From assembly GCA_052327205.1 (NCBI GenBank), contig CM126203.1:270630001-270694000 (forward strand): a stretch of DNA of 64,000 bases, written 5' to 3'. The position numbers and the translations under genes were made by a program. This DNA comes from Somniosus microcephalus. Its lineage: Eukaryota. Each line of letters starts with the position of its first letter. Within the stretch, counting starts at the first letter, position 1. Shown one piece after another: positions 50,570 to 63,323 of this stretch. The notes under the pieces were generated by a model, which searched no databases, was not told where the DNA came from, and saw only the letters and a program-made list of their open reading frames with translations.

Positions 50570-53260
50570 TTTGTTTGCCTGTAAGGGGAGAGCTGTTGCT
50601 AGATCTAGTCCGTGTGTAACATGGGCAGGTAGATGAGGTCAATGTGGGCGAGCATGTCATGAGTAATGACAATATAATAAGGTTTAAAGTCCAAATAAAG
50701 AGGGGGAAAAAGTTAATACAAAAACCAGAGCATCAGATTTGTATAGGGCAGATTTTAGAAAGATGAGGAATGAGGTGGGAGAGGTGATGTACACAGGAAG
50801 TACATCAACAATGGGAATTTTTTTTTAAAGGAAACTGCAAAGTGGCAGAATATATATTCAAAAAGGAGACTGCTTCAAATTTCAAAATGCTGTAGATAAA
50901 GAGGTTAGAAACAAGCTAAAATTGCAGAGGGCAAAAGGGGCCTATGAGTATGATAAAAATGATGAGAATGAGAAAATAAGGAGAGATTAAAAAAGGGATA
51001 AGAAAACCATGTGAAGGCAGTTAGAGAGAATCTCAAAAAATATTAAAAATAGTAATAATCTATAAACATACCAGCAAAAAGAAAATTAACAAATGTGAGG
51101 GGGGAGCCTTGAGAGGAGAAGATAGTAAGTTAGTAGAGGATAAGCAGAAATTGATGGGATACTTAAAAATACTTCGCTTCAGTGTTCACAAAGGAACAGG
51201 ATATTGGAAAGGATGCAAATCTTCAAAATTGTGAGGAGATATTATAATAAATAAAAGGAAAGTATTAGAGAATGTAGTTAAGCTAAAGGAGGATAAAACA
51301 CTGGTGTTTAATGGATCACATCCAAGGATCCTGGGGGAAAATGGGGGAAGCAATATTCTATTGAGAGTGGATGTGTGTCAGAGGAATGGCGAGTGGCCAA
51401 TGTAATACCCATTTTCAAAAAGAGACACAGAGCTAACCCAGGTAATTACATGCCAGTTAGTTTAATATCTGTGGTAGGGAAAATTTTGGAATCTTTAATT
51501 AAAGATGAAATTAAACCAACACAGATTTCAGATGGGAAGATGGTGGTATATATCAATCATTTAGACTTCAACGTAGGGGACATGATTAAAAAGTTTGCAG
51601 ATGATACAAAAAAATGGCCGTGTGGTTGATAGTGAGGAAGAAAGCTGTAGACTGCAGGAAGCTATAAATGAGCTGCTCAGGTGGGCAGAAAAGTGGCAAA
51701 TGGAATTCCATCCAGAGAAGTGTGAGGTAATGCATTTGGGGAGGGCTAACAAGGCCAGGAACATACAATAAATGGTAGGACACCGAGAAGTGTAGAGGAA
51801 CAGAGGGACCTTGGAGTGCATGTCCACAGATCCCCGAAGGTAGCAGGCCAGGTAGATAAGATGGTTACGAAGGCATACGGGATACTTTATTAGCCGAGGC
51901 ATAGAATACAAGAGCAGGGAGGTTATGCTTGAACTGTATAAAATTCTAGTTAAGTCACAGCTAGAGTACTGCGTACAGTTCTGGTCACCACATTACAGGA
52001 AAGATGTGATTGCATTAAAGAGGGTATAGAGGAGATTTACGAGGATGATGCCAGGACTGGAGAATTTTAGCAATGAGGAAAGATTGGATAGGCTGAAGGG
52101 AGACTTAGTTGATGTGTATAAAATTATCAGGGGCCTAGATAAAGTGGATATGAAGGACCTATTTCCTTTAGTAGAGAGGTCAATAATCAGGGGGCAGAGA
52201 TTTTAAGTAACTGGAAGAAGGATTAGAGGGGAGTTGGAGAACTTTTTTCATCCAGAGGGTGGTGGGGTCTAGAACTCAATGCCTGAAAGGGTGGTAGAGG
52301 CAGAAACCCTCATCGCATTAAAAAAATACTTGGATATGTACTTGAAGTGCCGTAACCTACAGGGCTACAGACCAAGAGCTGAAAAGTGGGATTAGGCTGG
52401 ATAGCTCTTTCTCGGCTGGCACGATGGGCCGAATGGCCTGCTTCTGTGCCATAAATTTTTATGATTCTATGATGCTTGACAAACCTGATAAGAGTACTTT
52501 GAGAAGATGACACATATAGGGGGAAATGCAATGGATGTGGAGTGCATAGACTTTCTGAAAGCCTTGGACAAAATACCACAGAAGAAACTATTGTAAAAGA
52601 TTAAGGGGTATGGAGTTAGGGAGACAGTAGCAAATTGGATTAAAAACTGTTTAGAAAGGAGAAATCAAGAGTAGGAGTTAAGGACACTTAATCATAACGT
52701 GGTTAATCACTCCACCATTGCTGGCTGCGCCTTAAGCTACCTAGGTTGACATTATCAGCTGACATCATATTCAATGTCAGTAAGTGTGAGGTGGTACATT
52801 TTGTTAAAAAAAAGGAATATATATGATTTGAATGAAGAATGCCAGATGAAGTAAATAGCAGAGAGATCTGGGTGTTCAAATTCACAAGACGTTAAAAGTA
52901 GCACCTCAAGTGAATCAAGCTTTAACAAAAAGCTAACAGAATATTGGGTTTTATGGCAAGAAGTATAGAATATAAAAGTTGAGACTTTATGGTCAATCTA
53001 TATAAAACCCTAGTAAAACCACAGCTGGGGTACTGCGTGCAATTTTGGGCTTCACACTGTAGGAAGGATGTTGAGGCTTCAGAGATGGTACAGCACAGAT
53101 TCACTAGAATGCTGCCAGGGACGAGGAAATACAAATACAAAGACTGAAAAATTGATGCTGAATTCATAAGAACAGATTATTATGGGTTGATCGAGTAGAG
53201 GTATTTAAAATGATGAAGGGGTAGAATGGAAGAAAAATCGAAAGATGTATTTGATTAGTG
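50570..53260 (+). mobile_element. Old CR1 with a younger CR1 (~51560-52472) inserted into it
   Basis: EEWRVANVIPIFKK upstream; an internal copy with KFADDTK and TTCTATG tail; the older RT sequence resumes after ~52478. Confidence 0.8.
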
Positions 53261-53409
53261 CGTTTCATGACTCCAAAACGTTCCAAATCACTTCACGGCC
53301 AATGAATTACTTTTGAAGCGTAGTCACTGTTATAATGTAAGGAAATGCAGCAGCCAATTAATGCATAGCAAGGTCCCACAAACAGCAGTGAAATAAATGA
53401 CCAATTAAA

Positions 53410-53474
53410 CGATAAGCCCTTTGCGCCCCCCGGAGGTGCTAACGGCAGGCGCAAAGGAGCCGAATTTCTAGCCC
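53410..53474. mobile_element. Single terminus of a related Harbinger MITE, abutting a SINE tail
   Basis: Ends GAATTTCTAGCCC; contains TTTGCGCCC and GGCGCAAA. Confidence 0.65.
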
Positions 53475-55630
53475 TCAAGAGTGTTTAGGTTCACCATTAA
53501 ATGAAATGAAACTCAGAAAGCAAGCAAGCACAAAACTATTGAATTTTGCCTAAATAAATTACATTCAAGTACCAAAGAATTAGATATTTAACTTTAAGGC
53601 TGCATACAGTAAACGTATGAAACACTCCTGTCCTTGGTTCAAGTAAAACCTCAGACCACTTGAGCTCAATTCCCTACTTCACTGATTATGATAGCAAACG
53701 AAAGCCTTTTCTGTCTATAATTTCCTCATAACTGATCTCTGACAAATGAGACCACCACATGTGTGTTAGAATTAAGGGGGGAGTAAAATAAGACAAGACT
53801 TTTAAGTAGTTGCATCTGTAGAAAAAAACCCAAAGATATGGCACCTATCAGCAGCAGTAACTAACTTTATGTTAACTTGCACTTTTAGTTCACAGAACCT
53901 TCTTTGAAAACAAGCCTGAGGAAATCCTGGGAAAATTATTCATAGTTAAAGCATATCCACAAACGAATTCAATTATTGGCATCCTGGGTCAATTAGCAGC
54001 TTTCACTCCAGTGTACTGGCAAAACAAACTTAATAAGTAGATCATTAGATAACTTCAACTTAAAAATAAAATCCTGATAAACCCTGTTTATAGCATCAGT
54101 TGCAAAAAAATATCAACCATACCTCTCAAACTGCAATATCCTGAAAGCTTGGACTGGGTAGGTAGTTTTCTGTAGAATTTCAATGGTCCTGCTTAATGTC
54201 AGGTTACGCCAATTAAAACAGGACAGTTGAGACATGTAACCCCGATTAATTGATTTGTGTAAGCAATGAGGCATGTAGGTCTATTCTGTGGCTTATAAAT
54301 GAATGGTAGTATCCCAATTAATTGCAAGAAAAATCCTTGGAGCACAAATTTAAATCAAAATCTCTGTTTAAAAAAAATAGATTTTTGTAGAATCCTCCCT
54401 CTTCTAATAAAATAATTTGTAAACAAGAAGGAAGATGTTAAAGATTTTTGCCAGCTAATGAATGCTAGACTGTACTTTAAGAGAGAGTTTTCTCAGAAGA
54501 AACTTAATTATTCCCCCAAGAATACAAGTGACATTACTCCAGAAGTGACCATCTACTATTTTGAAAATCCTCACAGTAGGGGATACCATAGTAAATTCAT
54601 ATGGGTAACTTGGAGACCTAAATACAACTTGATTCCACAGAAAGTTAGAGTTGGGGTGAATATCAAGACTAAGTGACAAATACAAATTCAAATATAATGC
54701 AGCAAGGAGGCTCACCACCACCTTTTCAGGGCAACTAGGGACAGGCAATAAATATCAGCCTTGCCAGTGACACCCACATCCCGAGAAATAAAAATAAATT
54801 ATGACATGTTGTGCAGAAATCAGCCCCGACACCTCTACCATTGAAAAGGGCAAGAACAGCAATGTTGTGGGAACACCATCACCTCTCAAAGTCCCCTCCA
54901 TGTCACATACCACCCAGACTTGGAGATATAGTGCTGTTCCTTTATTGTCACAAGATTAATATTCTGGAATTCCCTACCTAACACCATTGTAGAAACACCA
55001 TTCGCCTTCTCAGGGCAACTCGGGATTGGCGATAAATGCAGCCTTGTCAGCATTGTAGACATCCCAGAAACAGATTTTAAAAACTTATTTCAAAGTATTG
55101 GGCAAACACATTTCCACTGTTGGGACTTATTTGAGGCAAATTATTTTATCCACAGCATTTCCAAGGGACTCCAGTACAGTAATTTAATGTTTTGATTTTT
55201 GTGCACTTTACATTCAAAAAACTTTTCTACAGAAAATTACAGCCATTTTCAAACACATTATAAACTAGTTACAAAAGTTTTTTTGGGGGGGATTATGTGC
55301 ACAAAAAAGAGCCATGGAGGAGGAAGAGAAAAAGATCAGCTGTAGAAATAGATATTAATGCCATTAGTCTGACATTGAAGAAAACTTGATCAAAACTTAT
55401 TGCTTCGGTTCAATGACATATTTCCATATAGGCCATAATATAGTAGCAGAAAAATACCTACCAAACTATGGCCAATTAGTTGTTTTAAGTGGAAATATAA
55501 TTAATAAAAACGAGTAGTTATTAATGATTTGGCAGTACAGGAATATGAACTGTATCTAGAAGTATTTGAATAAATCTAGCTAAACAGAAGAGTAGTTTCA
55601 GTAACAGCTAACCACGAAGAAATACCTTAC

Positions 55631-55687
55631 CTGCATCTGTCGTAATGGGCCTGCTAGTTGTTCTGTCAGTTTGGGCATTTCATTTGC
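55631..55687 (-). CDS. MTREX: MTREX exon (57 bp): ANEMPKLTEQLAGPLRQMQ
   Basis: Read by hand. ttatag/gtaagg boundaries; phase 0 into ECARRIAK. Upstream exons were not found in the window. Confidence 0.94.
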
Positions 55688-58600
55688 CTATAAATTAGAA
55701 CACACACATTCAATTACTGTATTACACAATAGTTACTGTGCACTTAATAGATGATTCAGAGATTTAGTGGCACACTGCACTGGGACTCTCCCAATTTTTC
55801 GTCTTAGTGGGTCACTTAGGTGCATACTACAGAGCCCTATGAGCCACATACAAAGTTTAAAATAAATATTTGTATACAGCTCAAGCTGCTGATATAAACA
55901 GATCTTGGTGTTCAGATTGAGGATTTTATCCACGAATGAAGGAACAGCACTGAGAACAGACCTTTCCAAAACTTCGGGCCGGCAAAAGATGACAAGAAAA
56001 ACCAGTGAAGTAGAAAATGTAAATGCAAATAGATGTCAGGCTATGTAGCTGGGATGCCAAAGCCTGTGAGCTGCTTTGGATCAGGATTATAGTTTTGTAC
56101 GATTGCTTTAGATTATTTCAGGAATCACTTAAAACCAAAAAGAAACAAACAAGTTACATGTCTTCAGTGATTTATTTTCATTTCTGTGTCTGTTGTGTAA
56201 ACTATGCCTTCATTTTTCTGAAAGCTGTCCTCAGTTTCCCAAATGTGTCAACACTCCTTTTTCTGACCAAATTATCAAAGTGGTTTGGCACTAGAATATG
56301 AAACAAGATTAAGTGTCAGGGCTTCAGCAGTTCTCTCAATTCAGTGCAATGCTTCATCCTTTCAAGCAAAACATAATTCTGAACAGATGATGCCCTTCCA
56401 GTTGATAGTTCAGTTCCAGTTTTCATTATAAAAGAAAGCACCATTGAAAAAATAAAGATATAATTTACGTGAGAGGAAAGCAGAAACTATTCCACTGAAG
56501 AAATGCTCACCAACAATCCCAACAACCACAGCTTTTTTTTAAAATGGTGCCTAGGACCATTTCTTTACAATATGTTATGCTGATGAAAATATTTGTGCCC
56601 CATCAAAAGTCTCATGACATAGGATGTGTTTACATGATAACTGGCTGTTGGCCAGAGTTGACTGATGCTGCAGGTTGCAAAGATTCACCAATGAATGAAA
56701 AATTGGATGTGTTTCAGGAAATGTGATCCTTCTGCATTAACTCTGTGCACATCTGTACATTGCTGGTGAAACCACCACACATTTATCACAATTCAAAACA
56801 TAAACAAAAAATGTCATAAAACTATACCATAAAACATTAAGAGACTCTGAAATGTCACCATTTGTGCCAATACAAATCCATGAATTGCGACTGTCAATAA
56901 GTGTTTTTATTTTGCAGGTGTCCAATTTTTGGGGTGTCTGTTTGTACAGGTTTTACTGTATTTGAAGTTTACTATCTATCATACCTTTCTTTTTACAAAT
57001 ACAAGCAGCTTTCCCCCCCCTCAGTGGGTAAGAAAAGTAATCCAACATTGCATTGTTAGAGCTTTACTGAAGGAAACAAAACAAGTTCCTCTCCTGTGCT
57101 CATCTTCCACCGATAGACATGTCAGTTGTAGCTTCATTCTTAAATTAATCTTAACCAGCAATATTTTGTTCCAAGCATAATTGCCAAATAGTTCACTTCT
57201 GTGATTACATTTCTATGATTCTATATACTGTATCCAACTACCGCTTAGCTCTATTTGTGGCATCAAGGTTTAAATTGGGAATGTAGTATAATTCCCAATA
57301 TCTGATACGTTGGCCTGCCATGCTCCACCATATGTCATCCATCTTGTCCAAAACTACCACACACATCTTAACCCACACTGACTCTGGCCTACTTTGCTTC
57401 CCTTTCCCACTTTCATTACTGGTAGCAGATCCTTCAATCATCTGACCCCTACACACTCTAAACCCCACTATCTTGTTACTTCTCTACCCATCTTCAATAA
57501 TCTAATCAAAACTTACCTCTTTCACCAGTCACCACATCCCCACCCCCCAAGTGCTTCTACAACTAGGGGTAACGTGCTCCACTTTCGCAAAACTACATTA
57601 AAAGTTGCTGTTGCTGTATCCTCTAAATAATTAGGAATCTTACCTATATCCAGCGCTGTTTAAATGGTTTTATTTTTCTATGTAATTTTTTAAATCACAA
57701 GAAGTTGCTATACAATAGCAGTATTTTTGACATAACTTTCCTCTTTTGAAGCACTTACGATCACATTAAGAATGCATAAGTTCTAAAACTATCACTACAA
57801 AAAGACAAAATTAAAGTTTTTGAAAACTTCACTAAAGTTTATTACTAAATTAGTCAGTATTGACAGCTAGCTAATTTCTATGTACTCGTCTTATGAAGTT
57901 AATGGAATCATATAAAGCTACCGAAAAGGAGAAATTATGATTTAACTCAATTGCTCTGCATTCTGAGTTTCAGAAAACTATTTTGTACTTATTAACTGGC
58001 TAGAGCACAATATAAGAATTGTTAAAGGAATATTCCAGGCGGCATGCTATAATTTAAGTAAACAGAACTTAGCAGTACTGCAAAACAGTCTGCCAAGTCC
58101 CCCAAATTTCATGACCTCAAATACTAAAAATTACTTTCTAAGCTACATCATATCTATAGTGGGTACTCCACTATCTTGAGAGATGCAATCTGATGAGGCA
58201 AACTATATACTCCAGCTTCTCTGTATAGTGCCAACTTAACTAACAGAAACCGGTGATCTCAAGTGTGAAAAGTGTATTAGTGTTTGAGACACAGAAAATT
58301 ACTCATGAGGAAAAAGATGGTCAAATCTGACAAGAATCTGAAATGAAATTACAGAAAAAAATGGCAAGAAAAGGGAAATATGACATCGGTATAGAATTTA
58401 TAAAGCCATCACAATTAGAACTCAATTTGCATTTATTGTCATGCTATTTAGGACATTAATGTCAGTATTTTATAAAATTTGGTAGTTGGGAATACAAACC
58501 ATTAATAATGTTCAATATAAGACAGATGGCAGAAACCCCAAACCAAGCAGGTATGGGGAAGTTGCATTAAGACTGTTGAGCACTTTAGTTTGTACAGTTT

Positions 58601-59431
58601 TGCAGACTGGAAAGTAAATCACTAATAAAATGTAATCAAAAGGTGTTAAAGAACACAAAAGCACAACTGAACTCATACAGAGAAAAATCCTTTCAGACAG
58701 AATTTATTCATTTGATTAATGAAAGAAAAAAAGTGTAATAGTATGAAGTTGTCCAGCAGTACATGTAAGAAAACAAGTTGAAAATTTAACGCCTTAGGAT
58801 TTTCTGCACAGCTGAAACCTGAAACTATAAAGGGATTTCTGTCTGTAAAACCAGCCAAACTAAAGAGAACACTTAAGCCATAAAATATAACTTTCTAGGT
58901 ATAATAATCTGCCTTAATGTGAAAATCAATGGCAAAGTTGTTAAAAATTAGTATATAATACTAGTCATTGAAACTAAAAGTTCCATGAAACAGTTTTTCT
59001 TTGAATTTTCTCCTTTGCTTTCAGCTGGGGTATGGGTCTCCACCTGCCAGCATTCCTACGAATTGCCTGAGTGGTCATTTTTCACGTGCAAGTCTGCGCA
59101 GTGCGCAAAAGCAGACTACTTGAAAAATGTAGGCCGTCATGGCTGAGCCTGACCTGTGCTCAACCAATTCTCATATATACACTTTCCTAGAAGTAATCAG
59201 TAGTTAGGTATATGGAAGCTAGATTTTTCCTCTCCCTGGTTCTGGAATGCTGACAGCACAAATGTTATCAAATAAATCACCATATACTGGGAATCAAGCC
59301 TATAACCTTGTAATCTATATAGTTCAGTACTACACTTGATGGTGACTGAAACTAACCAAGATCAGTATGAAATAAAAACAGAAAATGCTGGAAATACTCA
59401 GCAGGTCAGACAGCATCTGTGGAGACAGAAA

Positions 59432-59470
59432 CAGTTAACATTTCAGGTCGATGACCTTTCGTCAGAACTG
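59432..59470 (-). ncRNA. Minimal type I hammerhead ribozyme motif, sense to the MTREX pre-mRNA
   Basis: Reverse complement CAGUU-CUGACGA-A-AGGUC(AUC)GACCU-GAAA-UG-UU-AACUG. Confidence 0.6.
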
Positions 59471-59607
59471 GAAAAAGTTAATATGACAGGTTTTAAGCTC
59501 AGAGGCAGAGAAAGGGGGGAAGGGAGGAAAGAACAAAAGAGAAGGTCTGTGATAAGGTGGAAGGCAGGAGAGATTAAATGACAATAGGTATGGTTGTACA
59601 AGGTAAA

Positions 59608-61456
59608 CATAGAAACATAGAAGATAGGAGCAGGAGTAGGCCATTCGGCCCCTCGAGCCTGCTCCGCCATTCAATGCGATCATGGCTGATCATCCAAATT
59701 CAGTACCCTGTCCCTGATTTCTCCCCATATCCCTTTAGCCTTAAGAAATATATCCAACTCCTTCTTGAATATATTTAATGAATTGGCCTCTACTGCCTTC
59801 TGTGGAAGAGAATTCCACAGGTTCACCACTCTCTGGGTGAAGAAATTCCTCCTCATCTCTGTCCTCAATGGCTTACCCCTTATCCTTAGACTGTGACCCC
59901 TGGTTCTGGACTCCCCGACCATCGGGAACATCCTTCCTGCATCTAGTCTGTCTAGTCCTGTTAGAATTTTATAAGTTTCAATGAGATCCCCTCTCATTCT
60001 TCTAAACTCCAGCAAGTACAAGCCCAATCGACCCAATCTCTCTTCATACGTCGTTCCTGCCATCCCAGGTATCGGCCTGGTGAATCTTCGCTGCACTCCT
60101 TCCATGGCAAGAACATCCTTCCTCAGATAAGGCGACCAAAACTGCACACAATACTCAAGGTGTGGTCTCACCAAGGCCCTGTACAACTGCAGCAAGACAT
60201 CCTTGTTCCTGTACTCAAACCCTCTCGCTACGAAGGCCAAAATACCATTTGCCTTCTTAACTGCCTGCTGCACCTGCATGCTTACCTTCAGCGACTGGTG
60301 CACAAGGACGCCCAGGTCTCGTTGCACTTCCCCTTCTCCCAATCTATTGCCATTCAGATAATAATCTGCCTTCTTGTTTTTGACACCAAAGTGGATAACC
60401 TCGCATTTATCCACGTTATATTGCATCTGCCATGCTTCTGCCCAATTATCCAACCTGTCCAAATCATACTGGAGTTTCTCTGCATCCTCCTCACAGCACA
60501 TACGCCCACCCAGCTTTGTGTCATCTGCAAACTTGGAGATATTACATCTAGTTCCCTTGTCTAGATCATTAATATATATTGTGAATAGCTGGGGTCCAAG
60601 GACTGAGCCCTGCGGTACCCCACTAGTCACTGCCTGCCACTCGGAAAAAGAGCTGTTTATTCCAACTCTTTGCTTTCTGTCTGCCAACCAGTTCTCTATC
60701 CAAGTCAATACCTTGCCCCCAATCCCATGTGCCTTAACTTTACACGCTAATCTTTTATGTGGGACCTTATCGAAAGCCTTTTGAAAGTCCAAATACACCA
60801 CATCCACTGGTTCTCCCTTATCTATTTTACCAGTTACATCCTCAAAAAATTCCAGTAGATTAGTCAAGCACGATTTACCTTTTGTAAATCCATGTTGACT
60901 TTGTCTGATCCGGTCACTGTATTCCAAGTGCTCTGCTATTACATCTTTTATAATAGACTCTAGCATTTTTCCCACTACCGATGTCAGGCTTACCGGTCTG
61001 TAATTCCCCGTTTTCTCTTTACCACCTTTTTTGAACAGTGGGGTAACATTAGCTACCCGTCAATCCATGGGTACTGTTCCAGAGTCTATCGAATTTTGGA
61101 AGATGACCAGCAATGCATCTACTATTTCTAGGGCCACTTCCTTAAGTCCCCTAGGATGTAGATTATCAGGCCCTGGGGAATTATCGGCCTTCAATCCCGT
61201 CAATTTCTCCAACACCATTTCCCTACAAATACCGATTTCTATCAGTTCCTCCCTTTTATTAGACCCTATGTTCCCCCGACATCTCTGGGAGGTTATTTGT
61301 GTCCTCCTTTGTGAAGACAGAACCAAAAGTATGTATTTAATTGGTCTGCCATTTCTTTGTTCCCCATTATAAATTCCCCTGATTCTGACTGCAAGGGACC
61401 TACGCTTGATTTCACCAATCTTTTTCTCTTCACATATTTATAAAAGCTTTTACAGT
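59608..61456 (-). mobile_element. Young CR1 LINE with an uninterrupted RT domain (431-aa ORF 59680-60975)
   Basis: QHGF, DFQKAFD, GVPQGSVLGP, FADD, RDLGV. 5'-truncated with upstream frameshifts. Confidence 0.96.
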
Positions 61457-62314
61457 AAAGGAGATGGTAATGGGACAAATGAAAAAACAAAAGATGGATC
61501 TAGAAGAGGTGTAAATGGGAATAGTAGAATCATCAACAGCTGCTGTCCAAAATAAATGGGGGCAGAGGTTATGATCTGAAATAGTTGAACTCAATGTTGA
61601 GTCCAGAAGGCTGTAAAGTGGTTGAGCTTCACTGGAACAGTGTAGGAGGCAGAGGACAGAGAGGTCAGAGTTGGAGTGGAGCAGAGAATTCAAGTGACAG
61701 GCAACCGGAACTCGATCAGTATGAACTAGCTCAATTTAGAAAAGTCAAAGTTGCTAAAGCACCAGCTTTGGCCTCATCTTCTATCAGGGTGAATCAAAGG
61801 AAACTGCACAATAATGATATATGGAGACAATTCTTACGACAGAATTACTCCACAGATTTTAGGAGCGACTTAGAATTAAACCTATGGACCAACCTATCCT
61901 GTCAGATAAGGTTGGGTCTATCAACCACTGATACCTGCAGTTAATTAAATTTCCCAGCTAAAATAAAGAACACCAGCAAGGCTGCTTTCCATAGCAGAAA
62001 TCACAAGAATACAGCAGTTGTGATGCATCAAATTCAGATCTGGTGACTGTCTTTTATGTCGATCCTTTTGGGCCTCTTTCATCAAATACATAGGCAGACA
62101 AGATGATAGCCCCGAAATAAACATCCAGCAATGGGAGGTGGAAGACGACTGAGGCTGTCACATGAACATACCAACCTTCCGGACTCAACATAGAGTTCAA
62201 CAATTTCAGGTCATAACCACTGCTCCCATTTTCTTCGGATAGTAGGCGCTGGTAATGATTCTGATTGCCATTTACAGCTCCTCACGACCCATCTTTTGTT
62301 TCTTTACTTGTCCC

Positions 62315-62406
62315 ATTAACACCCCCTTTTGCCTTGCACCAACACCCCCTTTTGCCTTGCACCAACACCCCCTTTTGCCTTGCACCAACACCCCCTTTTG
62401 CCTTGC
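62315..62406 (+). repeat. Tandem repeat, 4 x 23 bp (ACCAACACCCCCTTTTGCCTTGC)
   Basis: Three perfect copies plus one with two substitutions. Confidence 0.92.
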
Positions 62407-62536
62407 ACCATCATCCCTTTTGTCACTTAATAATCACTCCTGCCTTCCACCCTATCACAGATCTTCCCCCTTTTGTTCTTTCTGCCCCTCCCTGCCTCTG
62501 TACTTGCTTAAAAACTATTACATCTCTAACTTTTCC

Positions 62537-62573
62537 AGTTCTGATGAAAGGTCACCGACTTGAAACGTTAACT
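62537..62573 (+). ncRNA. Minimal type I hammerhead ribozyme motif
   Basis: AGUU-CUGAUGA-A-AGGUC(ACC)GACUU-GAAA-CG-UU-AACU. Confidence 0.65.
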
Positions 62574-63121
62574 ACGTTTCTCGTTCCACAGGTGCTGCCT
62601 GATCTGCTGAGTATTTCCACCATTTTCTGTTTTTATTACAAATTTCCAGCATCCGCAGTATTTTGCTTTTGTAATACTATTCGCCAAGATTTACAACCAC
62701 TTAATAGCCAGTCAGATGGACATTTTTTTAGCAAAAGATGCCAAGTTGGGCTGCAAAATTGCACAGTGGAATTCGCTCAATGTCATCCATTTGTTCATTC
62801 AAGGCATTTGATTTACTTGGCAATAACGGGTAATCAGAATCATTACAGCGTCCTCTGCCTATAGTTTCAAAATATGTTGGGATGAAGATAAATTAATAAA
62901 AGAGCTTCAAGTTGCTGAGTGTTAGGTTTCAGTAATCCTTGTGCATTGAACAAAACTTGGAAAGCACTCATCTACAACACAGTCTATTCTCAATTAATGC
63001 AAATAGAAAGAAAAATCTATGACTTTAATGTAGAAACATTAGGGAGGGAGTACTATTGTCGATTCTGGAAGTAGGTAACTATGCTGTCAATGCAGGCTAG
63101 ACCAAAAACTGATCCAAGAAT

Positions 63122-63252
63122 ACAAAAGCAAAATACTGTGGATGCTGGAAATCTGAACTAAACAGAAATGCTGGAAAAACTCAGCAGGTCAGGCAGCATC
63201 TGTGGAGCGAGAGAGAGAGTTAACATTTCAGGTCGACGACTTTTAGTCAGAA
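63122..63252 (-). mobile_element. Penelope-type ~130-bp terminal unit with mutated hammerhead core
   Basis: ACAAAAGCAAAATACTG...GTCAGAA, same unit as 39701. Confidence 0.75.
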
Positions 63253-63323
63253 TCTTGTGGTGTTGTGCATCTATATAAAGACAGATTGATTGTAGACTAT
63301 ACCGTAGAAATACAAGACATATG

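Larger units (their letters stand above)
59368..61712 (-). mobile_element. Longer Penelope-type fragment split by a CR1 insertion (59368-59607 and ~61455-61712)
   Basis: The two halves are collinear with the reverse complement of 62160-62672. GTAAA appears at both junctions. Confidence 0.7.
62160..62672 (+). mobile_element. Penelope-type 3' fragment with hammerhead motif and internal tandem repeat
   Basis: Ends ...CATCCGCAGTATTTTGCTTTTGT, the reverse complement of the unit start. Confidence 0.7.

Noticed and set aside
59680-60975. 431-aa reverse transcriptase as a host or domesticated gene
   Set aside because: 5'-truncated CR1 ORF2 with upstream frameshifts, a small deletion near the 3' end and a LINE tail.
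62315-62406. 23-bp direct repeats as a CRISPR array
   Set aside because: Head-to-tail with no spacers; a local slippage expansion.
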